Part shown: positions 8,961 to 17,249 of the stretch, one piece after another
Numbering within the stretch: the first letter of the stretch is position 1
Layout: each line of letters begins with the position of its first letter
NCBI GenBank assembly: GCA_007376385.1
Contig: VMGC01000005.1
Location: 96,001 to 160,000 of the forward strand
Direction: 5' to 3'
DNA from: Parcubacteria group bacterium Gr01-1014_8
GTDB lineage: Bacteria > Patescibacteriota > Minisyncoccia > Phycocordibacterales > UBA2100
DNA length: 64,000 bases
Position numbers and translations under genes: made by a program
Notes under the pieces: generated by a model
Told to the model about the DNA's origin: nothing
The model's database searches: none
Seen by the model: only the letters and a program-made list of their open reading frames with translations

Positions 8961-9049
8961 GCCGCTTTCTCGAGTTCTTCCCTTCAAAGGGGACCGGGCA
9001 AACACCGAAGCTGAAGGCTAACTCTGCCCGAATTTCCAAAAAGAAGGAT

Positions 9050-10861
9050 TTGTGGGATGATGCGCTGATGGATTTTGGTCGCAAGTCAATAGGGGACATG
9101 CTAAACGGGATGGCTCGGTACCGAGTCCCAAAATACCAGCGCTCCTTTACCTGGGGTACAAACCAAGTCTCAGATTTTTGGAGAGACCTTTGTGAAGCAG
9201 ATGAGAGAGAAGGATTCTTTCTCGGGACCATGATATTGCATAAGGATAGAGAGGGGGTAGAGGTGGAAAATCTCAAGAATATTGTTGATGGACAACAGAG
9301 AATGACCGCCGCAAGTTTATTATTGCTCGCATGCAGGAATCACTCGTCAAGAAGGAACCGAGACAGGGCTGCTGCACTTGATCAAACTCTGATGTTTCGT
9401 GATATCGCTACTGGAAGAGCGGAAACGCTCAGACTTGAGGTCGCTCCAGACATTCTAGATGCTTTTCGTCACATGGTGACTGCTAGGCAGTGGGATGAAC
9501 AAACTTTTCCAGACGAAGTAGATGGCCGAGTCGCCAGACGAATAAAGTCTATTTATAAGTATTTCAAGCAGCAGGTAGACGAACTATCAGATGCAGAGCT
9601 CTCGTCCTTACTTAATAAATTGTTGAATTCATACTTTCTTGTGATAGAAATTGAAGATATCACACAGGCTTTTGAGCTTTTTGAACGAACAAATGCGCGA
9701 GGAACTCCGCTGAATGCAGGAGAGTTGCTCAAGAACAGACTGTTTGCAGAGGCGCAGGAGAAAGAAATTGTAGAAGGCGAATGGGAGGAGATTGTTTCTA
9801 ACTCTAATGGGATGCTACTGCGAATGTTGAAGTATTTTGCAGCTCTTAAGCACGGGCAAGAAACGGGTCGGACGGTTTTGTATCGACATCTGCGTGGTCA
9901 AGTTGAATCGGACACACCGAGCCAGTTCATCCACGATTTGAGCGCTTTCTCTTCATATTTTGGAAAGTTCTTGGACAACAAACTTCAAGCCGCACCATTT
10001 ATTGATCGAAATTCTGATAAGTCATTCGAATTTCTCTTCATTGATGAGATTGCTTTTAAAAAGTTTGGTCGCAGCATGAGTGCGATATCTCTTTTTGGTG
10101 TCTACATTGTCCTTCCCGTTGTTTTCGCTGGCCTAAAAGGGCTATCGAAATTGAAAGACAAAAGCGGATTTAGACCCGCGTTGAAAGATTTTCTAAATCT
10201 TCTAGGTACGATGGAGTGTTTCCATTTTATCAATAATCAGATATGTACACGTCCCTCGAATCGTGCCGAGTCACTATATGCAAGTAAAACAAATGTGTTG
10301 GCGACAGCGGAGACATGCGCACAGTTCAGAGAGGTAATAAAGCAGATATCAAAAGGACTCAAGGAGATAAAGGTCGCTAATAAGGAAGAGTTCCTACTTA
10401 ATTTTACTGGACTTTCATATACGAGTCCTGCAAGCGATAAGCCTCTCTTTGCATACGTCTTTGATAGATTTGAATCCTCTCCATTCGCGTCAGCAGCACC
10501 TGTAACCATATTTGATCCGTCAGCTAATTACAGCCTGAACCGCGTATTCGAAGTTGAACACATTACCCCTCGAGCAATGTGGGGCAATTTATATCCGGAA
10601 GATGATTTGGTCAACAATATCGGTAATTTACTCATCCTAACGCAGGAGACTAATAGGCTTGTAGATACCAAACCATTGCCGGATAAGATTCGAATAATGA
10701 AGGAACGAGGCTACGACAATTTAAGTACCGTTCAACAATTTTCTAAAAAGTTCGAGGATAAGGAACTCAAGTGGTTACGTCCGACAGACATAACAGAGCG
10801 ATCTGTCGCAATGGCAGCTCAAGGCTACAGTGATATTTGGGATCCATGGCCGAATGATTGA
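9050..10861 (+). CDS. GmrSD-family type IV (modification-dependent) restriction endonuclease, DUF262 + DUF1524
   Basis: N-terminal DUF262/ParB-like NTPase motifs (KYQRSFTW ... VDGQQRMTA). C-terminal DUF1524 HNH-like motifs (EVEHITPRA ... GNLLILTQETN). The gene looks AT-rich relative to its flanks by eye. Confidence 0.8.
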   Translation: MWDDALMDFGRKSIGDMLNGMARYRVPKYQRSFTWGTNQVSDFWRDLCEADEREGFFLGTMILHKDREGVEVENLKNIVDGQQRMTAASLLLLACRNHSSRRNRDRAAALDQTLMFRDIATGRAETLRLEVAPDILDAFRHMVTARQWDEQTFPDEVDGRVARRIKSIYKYFKQQVDELSDAELSSLLNKLLNSYFLVIEIEDITQAFELFERTNARGTPLNAGELLKNRLFAEAQEKEIVEGEWEEIVSNSNGMLLRMLKYFAALKHGQETGRTVLYRHLRGQVESDTPSQFIHDLSAFSSYFGKFLDNKLQAAPFIDRNSDKSFEFLFIDEIAFKKFGRSMSAISLFGVYIVLPVVFAGLKGLSKLKDKSGFRPALKDFLNLLGTMECFHFINNQICTRPSNRAESLYASKTNVLATAETCAQFREVIKQISKGLKEIKVANKEEFLLNFTGLSYTSPASDKPLFAYVFDRFESSPFASAAPVTIFDPSANYSLNRVFEVEHITPRAMWGNLYPEDDLVNNIGNLLILTQETNRLVDTKPLPDKIRIMKERGYDNLSTVQQFSKKFEDKELKWLRPTDITERSVAMAAQGYSDIWDPWPND

Positions 10862-11321
10862 TGCAGCATTAATCAAACAGAAGACAAGGTACTTACGGGA
10901 CGGCCGGGCCCCGATTCCGAAAAGTGAAAAAATCTCTCGCACGATGAGTGCGATAAGAGCAAAGAACACGAAGCCCGAGTTACTTGTTCGCAAGGTTTTC
11001 CGAAAAGTAGGAATACGCGGATATCGATTGCATTGGAATAAAGTAGCCGGACGACCGGATATTGTGTTCCCTAAGAAAAAAGTCGCTGTGTTTGTTCACG
11101 GCTGTTACTGGCACGGATGTCCACATTGCAAACTTACACTCCCGAAAACGCATCGAGCATTTTGGCGTGCAAAGTTCAAGAGAAACAAGGAAAGAGACGC
11201 TCATAAGACAAAAGACCTGCGGAAATTAGGATGGCGTGTACTTACCGTGTGGGAGCACCAAATAAAGAAAGATGCGGATCAAATCGCTGCACGCGTCGTG
11301 AAGGCTCTTCGTGACGCTTGA
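10854..11321 (+). CDS. vsr: very-short-patch-repair endonuclease Vsr
   Basis: MSAIRAKNTKPELLVRK...GRPDIVFPKKKVAVFVHGCYWHGCPHC matches the Vsr hallmark (FVDGCFWHGH). The start overlaps the GmrSD stop by 8 nt in another frame. The 3-prime end overlaps the convergent MTase gene by 80 nt. Confidence 0.85.
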   Translation: MIDAALIKQKTRYLRDGRAPIPKSEKISRTMSAIRAKNTKPELLVRKVFRKVGIRGYRLHWNKVAGRPDIVFPKKKVAVFVHGCYWHGCPHCKLTLPKTHRAFWRAKFKRNKERDAHKTKDLRKLGWRVLTVWEHQIKKDADQIAARVVKALRDA

Positions 11322-12648
11322 TGCTCTGCAAAAGTGCACGGCCTATTTCTTCAATGATTCCGACGACAAGTGCGTTACCCATGAAGAACGCTCGTTTTAC
11401 GTCGGAAATGTCGTCATATGCGGTATGGCGAGCAGGGAATTGGCATAATAACTCTAACTCTGTTGGGGTAAGTCGGCGGTATTTTCCGGACTTTGTTTTT
11501 ACAACATGCTTGAATCGCGAGGGTGCGGGCCCTCCCTCTCCTGTAATTATCGTGCGGGAAGGTTTATCCAAAGCATCCGGAAAAGTCATTGGACCCTCTG
11601 CGTAGTGATAAGTGAATCCATCTGTCCCATGGCGCTCTTCCTTTTTAGCACCCTTGAGATATTTCCACTCTTTTAGTGAGCCGTTGATAAAATATTCTTC
11701 GGCGACTTTGTGTTCCGGAAGTAGAATATCACCGAGAGTAATGAAAGGGCCACCGTATTTTGGAGTTACGCGAGCGGTTGTGATCCGACCGTCACTCATG
11801 ACCCCAGCATTCGCAAAATCTATATCGTCCGGGAACAATTGTTCAAAGTCTCTCGTTATTCTGACGGGATCATCAGCGACATCGTGTCTCGCGAATCTTG
11901 AAATTTCATCTTCGACTGCGAGTCGTTGCGCGAAAACTCCTTCTTTTGTCAGCCAATTGATCGCGTCAGTCGAACGTAGCGCATTTGCAATACCGGTTCC
12001 ATTCTTGAACGCGAGAATAAAGATCCGGCGCCTGCGCTGTGGTTTTCCGTAATCAGCTGCATTGATAACGCGCCATTCGACGACATATCCGAGGTTTGCG
12101 AGCGAAGCGAGCATGATCGCAAAATCACGACCGCGGGCAGATGCTGGGGACTTTAATAATCGGTCAACGTTCTCTAGGAACACATAGGGAGCAGAGTCCT
12201 TGTGTCCTTTTTCTTGAAGAATGCGATAGATCTGCCACCAGAGAACGCCTTTCTTTCCCTGGAGTCCCGCAGCTTGGCTCAACGTTCGTGCAACCGAATA
12301 ATCCTGACAAGGAAATCCTCCGACAAGAACATGATGGTCCGGGATGTCACCTGTTGCGACGGTCGCGATATCTTGATTACTGTGTCCTTTGCTGCCAAAA
12401 CGTGCCCGGTACACCTCGGATGCGTGCTGGCGTTTCGTTGATGGCTCCCACTGATTACTCCAGATGGTCTCGAATTTCAGACCTGCTCTCGCCGCTTCCT
12501 TTTTTGATGCTTGGTCGAGTCCGAGACGAAATCCTCCCACCCCTGCGAACAATTCAATGACCTTAAGTGGCACCGCTTGTCGATCGTCTTTTTTGAGCGT
12601 ATGTTTGGCTAGTTTCCCCATAGCTAAATCGTACCAAGGAATATCCAT
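11242..12648 (-). CDS. dcm: DNA (cytosine-5)-methyltransferase (Dcm-like, type II m5C MTase)
   Basis: Motif I ELFAGVGGFRLGL, motif IV GGFPCQDYS, motif VI VFLENVDRLL, motif VIII QRRRRIFILAF. The partner of the adjacent vsr. Confidence 0.9.
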   Translation of the reverse strand: MDIPWYDLAMGKLAKHTLKKDDRQAVPLKVIELFAGVGGFRLGLDQASKKEAARAGLKFETIWSNQWEPSTKRQHASEVYRARFGSKGHSNQDIATVATGDIPDHHVLVGGFPCQDYSVARTLSQAAGLQGKKGVLWWQIYRILQEKGHKDSAPYVFLENVDRLLKSPASARGRDFAIMLASLANLGYVVEWRVINAADYGKPQRRRRIFILAFKNGTGIANALRSTDAINWLTKEGVFAQRLAVEDEISRFARHDVADDPVRITRDFEQLFPDDIDFANAGVMSDGRITTARVTPKYGGPFITLGDILLPEHKVAEEYFINGSLKEWKYLKGAKKEERHGTDGFTYHYAEGPMTFPDALDKPSRTIITGEGGPAPSRFKHVVKTKSGKYRRLTPTELELLCQFPARHTAYDDISDVKRAFFMGNALVVGIIEEIGRALLQSIKRHEEPSRRVQRFDPHLSLFGAPTR

Positions 12649-13452
12649 TTGATCAAGATCGAGTTATCCACTGTCTGCCATATGCATAAAAAGTTCATCG
12701 AACTACTGAATATACCCGATCCAAAGATCCTGGAACCCAAAAAAGTGGGACCTAAACGCCTACAGATGGTCAACTTTGCACGAACGCTTTCTAGAGGAAC
12801 CTTAGAAAGCCCGCATGAACACAAGATTTGGAAAGTCAGGGCTTATTGGATTGGATTCCAAAAACCAGGAATTGAGACTGCTGCGGACGCGGAAACCAAT
12901 TACAAAGATGGTACTGTCGCTCCTAATCCTGACGACATGAAGCCCACTATATGGAAGTCGAATAAGATCATTAAAGCACCAGCGTCATTTGAAGAGATTT
13001 TTCACGTTTTTGAAAGACTTTTACGAAATGATGAAGAAAATGTTTTGGAGCTGCTTGCCGCCATCCTTTATAGAGATGCTTATTTGTTGGATTACGAGAT
13101 CAGTGATCAGCCGAACGCTGTCCCCGAATATAGGTTATCCCAAGATATACTTCAGGAACTTGAGAAACCGCTCTTCAGTGTTACTGGATTACCAGCTGAG
13201 GTTTATTTGAAATATTTGCAAATGATCGCATGGAATGAGGACGTCAAATATAACGCCTTAGGTTATAATATTGCGAAAGAGAAGACGGGCAGGCAGGGAA
13301 ATCTATTAACCTACACCCACTTGATTGCTGTGCTGTTAGGTAGGGCGCGATTAGCAAATTTTTGCTACGCATTTGCTCGAAGTGGAGGAGTAGCACCTAT
13401 AACGGGAATTGCTACCTGGGCAGCATTTCCTTGGCTTAGAAATGAGAAGTAA
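12649..13452 (+). CDS. hypothetical protein divergent from the m5C MTase; candidate cognate restriction endonuclease (inference only)
   Basis: 267 aa with no recognisable motif. It is transcribed divergently, with start codons abutting the MTase start, and lies inside the AT-rich defence island. REase function is inferred from the classic R/M/V arrangement. Confidence 0.45.
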   Translation: MIKIELSTVCHMHKKFIELLNIPDPKILEPKKVGPKRLQMVNFARTLSRGTLESPHEHKIWKVRAYWIGFQKPGIETAADAETNYKDGTVAPNPDDMKPTIWKSNKIIKAPASFEEIFHVFERLLRNDEENVLELLAAILYRDAYLLDYEISDQPNAVPEYRLSQDILQELEKPLFSVTGLPAEVYLKYLQMIAWNEDVKYNALGYNIAKEKTGRQGNLLTYTHLIAVLLGRARLANFCYAFARSGGVAPITGIATWAAFPWLRNEK

Positions 13453-13499
13453 TAATTTCTACCTTGCGAACGGATCCGCATCATTGGTACACTTCTTGA

Positions 13500-13760
13500 A
13501 TGAAAAAACTTCCATCTTCGGCGCATCATTTGGTAATGCCGTTCGTACTCTCGCTCCTAATGACAGCGATAGTGTCCGGAATATCTAGTGTACACGTTGC
13601 AGGATTTGCCGGTGCGCGCGAGGTATGGTTCGGCGCGTGGCTGTGGTCGTGGGCAGTAGCGTTTCCGGCGCTTCTCCTTGTGATGCCGATCGTCCGGAGG
13701 ATAGTTGCCTATATCGTGGAAGCGCCAGGTCAGCAGGAGTCGGACAAGAAGATGCAATAG
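13500..13760 (+). CDS. small two-TM membrane protein (DUF2798-like)
   Basis: 86 aa with two hydrophobic helices separated by a short loop. Family assignment is from memory of the DUF2798 architecture. Confidence 0.45.
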   Translation: MKKLPSSAHHLVMPFVLSLLMTAIVSGISSVHVAGFAGAREVWFGAWLWSWAVAFPALLLVMPIVRRIVAYIVEAPGQQESDKKMQ

Positions 13761-13769
13761 AGAACTCCG

Positions 13770-14072
13770 ATGAATGCGCAGCAGCTTAAAGAAAAAATGC
13801 AAAAGGGAGATGAGATGCTCCTTTTCGATATCCGAGAGAGTGAAGAGCTGGTGGATGTGCCGCCGATCGCGGGCTCGATCCATATGCCGATGGGCAGAAT
13901 GTTAGAGGAGGCGAATAGCGGGACGCTCCCCAATGATAAAAAGATGATCGCTATCTGCAGAACAGGCCGACGGAGCGATATCGTAGCTCGAGAACTTACC
14001 GAGAAGAGCTACGATATCGAGTCGCTGGAAGGGGGTGTAGTCGCGTGGCTGGAGGAAAAGAAAGCGGTATAA
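13770..14072 (+). CDS. single-domain rhodanese-like sulfurtransferase
   Basis: Active-site loop CRTGRRS (Cys-x-x-Gly-x-Arg) in a ~100-aa rhodanese fold. Confidence 0.8.
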   Translation: MNAQQLKEKMQKGDEMLLFDIRESEELVDVPPIAGSIHMPMGRMLEEANSGTLPNDKKMIAICRTGRRSDIVARELTEKSYDIESLEGGVVAWLEEKKAV

Positions 14073-14083
14073 TCCCACAGGAT

Positions 14084-14509
14084 ATGAAAACACAGTACAA
14101 ATTTGCATTCGTAGCGGTGCCGCTCGCGATCATCGCGTTTGCGCTGAGCCGTGTCATCTGGCCGGACCCAGCGGGCATGGCGGGGCCCAGCTCTTCGCTT
14201 ATTCCGCACTTCATTTTCCTCGGAGCTCTTGAGTCTCTTTCCTTCGGTCTCGGCGTCGCGTTTCTCATTTTCGGCTGGTCACGCGTGGTCGCCGCACTTC
14301 CTGAGAACAACGCGCTTGCGACAGCGTCGTTTGTAGCTATAGCGTGGATGCTCATTTCGTGGTGGCCGCACGACAACATGCACCGTGTAAACGGCATGGA
14401 GGATTTTGCAGGCCTCTTGCGCATCGAATACATTTTTCATTTCACGCTCATGATCTCTGCCTTTATCGTCGTGCTGTACCTGTGGAAATCCCTCGGCAAC
14501 CGCTCGTAA
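14084..14509 (+). CDS. hypothetical polytopic membrane protein
   Basis: Four predicted TM helices. The start was trimmed to the Met downstream of the rhodanese stop. No family recognised. Confidence 0.5.
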   Translation: MKTQYKFAFVAVPLAIIAFALSRVIWPDPAGMAGPSSSLIPHFIFLGALESLSFGLGVAFLIFGWSRVVAALPENNALATASFVAIAWMLISWWPHDNMHRVNGMEDFAGLLRIEYIFHFTLMISAFIVVLYLWKSLGNRS

Positions 14510-14561
14510 TCATCTGAAATTTGCAGTTGTGCCTCCCGCGGGTGGGGTATAGAGTTCTCGC

Positions 14562-15449
14562 ATGAGGACCATCGTCAGCGTCCTGATCTCTATCATCGTC
14601 TTTTCTCCATTTGTTGTAAGTGCGAATTGGATAGATCCTGTGCGCGACGACCAGCTTTTGTACGAGGATTGCAAGACTTACCTGCCTACGGTTGGCAGTC
14701 TTCTTGGAGGAGCTGCGGGGGCGGCGTTTGCCGCCGGGACGGGTGGTCTTGGATCAGTTGCCGCGTTGTCGTTCGGGGTGGCAGGGACCGCTGCCGGCGT
14801 CGTGTTTTGCGACGCGTTCCATAAAAAGTCAGACTCATCGACCATCGGCGATGCAGGCATCCGCATTTTGTCGAACCCGACCTACTACATTCGCGCGCTT
14901 GATACTGATCAGTCAATAAATCCCGGTTACCTTCTTCCGTATACCGGATTCAAAATGTTGCTGGGAGCGGCCGATGTCTTTACGCGCGAGATTCCACCGA
15001 CGAAGCCGAAAGTGGAGGAAAGTCCGGTAGAGGTCGTGGTGGTGGTCGAAGAGAAAACGAGCGACGCCATCCCCGTGTCTCAACAAATCCAGGAGGAGAG
15101 TGCGCCGCCGGAGCAGGCGACGAAAAAAAACGGCGATCTGCATGGGAAATGGAGTGCGGCGTGGCGCGCATATGATGGGCAGTCGGGAACATCGGAAATG
15201 GAAATACAGCATCATGCGGACTCGGCTCAATTTTCCGGCACGGGGACGCAATTGTTCAAGGGAGTGACAACCGCATTTACCATTGAGGGCACAGTGCAGA
15301 GCAGCCATGTGACGGTGACCATGGAATTTCCGACGATACCGGACACGGTGATATACGAGGGAGCCCTCAACCGCAACTATGGAAGCGGGAAATGGACGAA
15401 CACACTTCAGAATTCTGGCACATGGTCGATGACCAGAGACAGTAGGTAG
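14562..15449 (+). CDS. secreted hypothetical protein
   Basis: Signal peptide MRTIVSVLISIIVFSPFVVSA. Gly/Ala-rich segment, then an acidic linker and a globular C-terminus. Confidence 0.5.
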   Translation: MRTIVSVLISIIVFSPFVVSANWIDPVRDDQLLYEDCKTYLPTVGSLLGGAAGAAFAAGTGGLGSVAALSFGVAGTAAGVVFCDAFHKKSDSSTIGDAGIRILSNPTYYIRALDTDQSINPGYLLPYTGFKMLLGAADVFTREIPPTKPKVEESPVEVVVVVEEKTSDAIPVSQQIQEESAPPEQATKKNGDLHGKWSAAWRAYDGQSGTSEMEIQHHADSAQFSGTGTQLFKGVTTAFTIEGTVQSSHVTVTMEFPTIPDTVIYEGALNRNYGSGKWTNTLQNSGTWSMTRDSR

Positions 15450-15483
15450 CTCTTTATTTACTATTCATGACGAACATAACAGT

Positions 15484-15816
15484 ATGATGAGCAAAGCATT
15501 GATAGGAATTACAGTGTTGGTGGTTGCAGTGTTGGCAGTTTTCTATGTAGGTAATCAGGTCGTCCAGACGACACCTCTTAGCAGTGCGGACGGTCCGTTT
15601 CAGTACGAAATAATGGATCCGCCGCTTGAGTGTTTACAACAGGCAATGGAAGCATCAAAAAGCATTACTGATCTGGGGCAGAGGTTGATAGCGGAGCAAC
15701 GTGCGCAAAGTGACTGCGTCGTTCAAAAACTGAACGAAAAAGGCGCCCTCGGCTGGGAGCTTGTTCTCGTTCGAGAAACCCAACCCATCCCGACATACAT
15801 CTTCAAGAAGAGATAA
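15484..15816 (+). CDS. small membrane-anchored hypothetical protein
   Basis: N-terminal TM segment (ALIGITVLVVAVLAVFYV) followed by a ~80-aa soluble domain. Confidence 0.45.
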   Translation: MMSKALIGITVLVVAVLAVFYVGNQVVQTTPLSSADGPFQYEIMDPPLECLQQAMEASKSITDLGQRLIAEQRAQSDCVVQKLNEKGALGWELVLVRETQPIPTYIFKKR

Positions 15817-15829
15817 TATTTGCATCAAG

Positions 15830-16033
15830 TCATCGCTTTTGACGCATAAGATAGAGTATGAGTGCAACGAGAAAACAGGCGCCTGCGAGAATAACAGCAA
15901 ATCCGATATAGATGGGAAACACAATGACCTCCACGACCCTAGGCGGGTCAGTTATTACCTGCAAAAACAAATAGCTCGCACCGCCGAGCGCAAGAATTCC
16001 AAAGATGAAGAAGGTTTTGCTCGCTGCAATCAT
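15830..16033 (-). CDS. small two-TM membrane protein
   Basis: 67 aa containing two hydrophobic helices. Confidence 0.4.
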   Translation of the reverse strand: MIAASKTFFIFGILALGGASYLFLQVITDPPRVVEVIVFPIYIGFAVILAGACFLVALILYLMRQKR

Positions 16034-16265
16034 GCCTTCAATACTACAATGTTTTGCGGAGTCGAGAACAAGCCAGCCTAGCCGCTTCGTCTTTGAGAAG
16101 AGCCGCCTCGGTTCTTGTTGACTCGATACTGTGGAATGGGCGGCCGCCTCCCTTTACCCGCCTGGTCGTTTTGACGTTTCCACTTTTCTTCTTTCATGCA
16201 CGCCAGTGTATCATGGCCTCCTTCAAACGTTGGTATACTTCACAGATAGCAGCTAACTTTTTTAT

Positions 16266-16529
16266 ATGCATACAAATGCTTCAAAAGCAGGGCAAGTGGG
16301 CGCGATATTTTTAGGAGGAGTGCACGTATTGTGGTCGGCTCTCGTCCTTCTCGGATGGGCGCAGCCGCTGGTGAACTTCTCGATGTGGGCACACATGGTA
16401 GAGAAGGGTATTACCATCAAGCCGTTTGAATTTGGCGCAGCGATCACCGTCATCATTGTTGCAAGCTGTGTTGGATATTGCGTCGGATACGCACTCTCCA
16501 CGATCTGGAACAAAGTGCACCGCGCATAG
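16266..16529 (+). CDS. small membrane protein
   Basis: 87 aa containing two hydrophobic helices. Confidence 0.4.
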   Translation: MHTNASKAGQVGAIFLGGVHVLWSALVLLGWAQPLVNFSMWAHMVEKGITIKPFEFGAAITVIIVASCVGYCVGYALSTIWNKVHRA

Positions 16530-16721
16530 ATCTTCTAGGTGCGGCCTCCCAAAATACCAAACTGACCGAGGGACCTGCATGCGCGTGTCCTTTGTTTTGT
16601 TACTTGCGCAGAATACCCCGTAGCTCTGCTGCGGGGATAAATGCGCAAGAGCGGAGGGGGTCGGGGAACCGCGTTCGGTTCCCCGTGGAGGAGAGCAGAG
16701 CCGCACCTAACATTTTTTGAT

Positions 16722-17231
16722 ATGGCGACGACAAAACAACGACGAGCAGCAAAGAGGAATATCAAGCGCGCGCAGAAGGCGTGGAAGGGAATGACGAAGC
16801 GACAGCACACGCTCGCGCAACCGCAGGGACGCATCAGAAAAAAGCCGGGTTCGACAGGAAGGGGGCGTTTCTATCGCGTCATGGTGCGGCCTAAGGGCGA
16901 GTTCGTTTCATTCCGCGTGCAGGATGTGGGAAAGAAGGGCGGGCTGGAACGTCTGGCGGGAAGGCGCTCGAGCGGGAGCTGGGACACGGTGTCGTGGCTC
17001 GTTGGCAAGAATGCGGCGCGTGTTACATCAAATGGTCAGCTGAAGATCACGGGAAAGAAAGAGAAAACCGCACTCAAACAGATACGCGGTCCCATCGTGC
17101 ATGTGAAGGGTGACATTTTCCGCGCGCATCCGGCGCGCAATGTGCCGGAGGGCGAGAAGCCCACGGCCGCGATGCGCCGTGCACAGAGAAAAAATATCAA
17201 AAAGGCGCAGAGAGCGAGGAGGCGAGGATAG
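16722..17231 (+). CDS. highly basic hypothetical protein with a repeated KRNIK(R/K)AQ(K/R)A motif at both termini
   Basis: Starts MATTKQRRAAKRNIKRAQKA and ends AAMRRAQRKNIKKAQRARRRG. Lys/Arg-rich, so a nucleic-acid-binding role is plausible. No family recognised. Confidence 0.5.
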   Translation: MATTKQRRAAKRNIKRAQKAWKGMTKRQHTLAQPQGRIRKKPGSTGRGRFYRVMVRPKGEFVSFRVQDVGKKGGLERLAGRRSSGSWDTVSWLVGKNAARVTSNGQLKITGKKEKTALKQIRGPIVHVKGDIFRAHPARNVPEGEKPTAAMRRAQRKNIKKAQRARRRG

Positions 17232-17249
17232 CCTGTTACAATACGCCCT

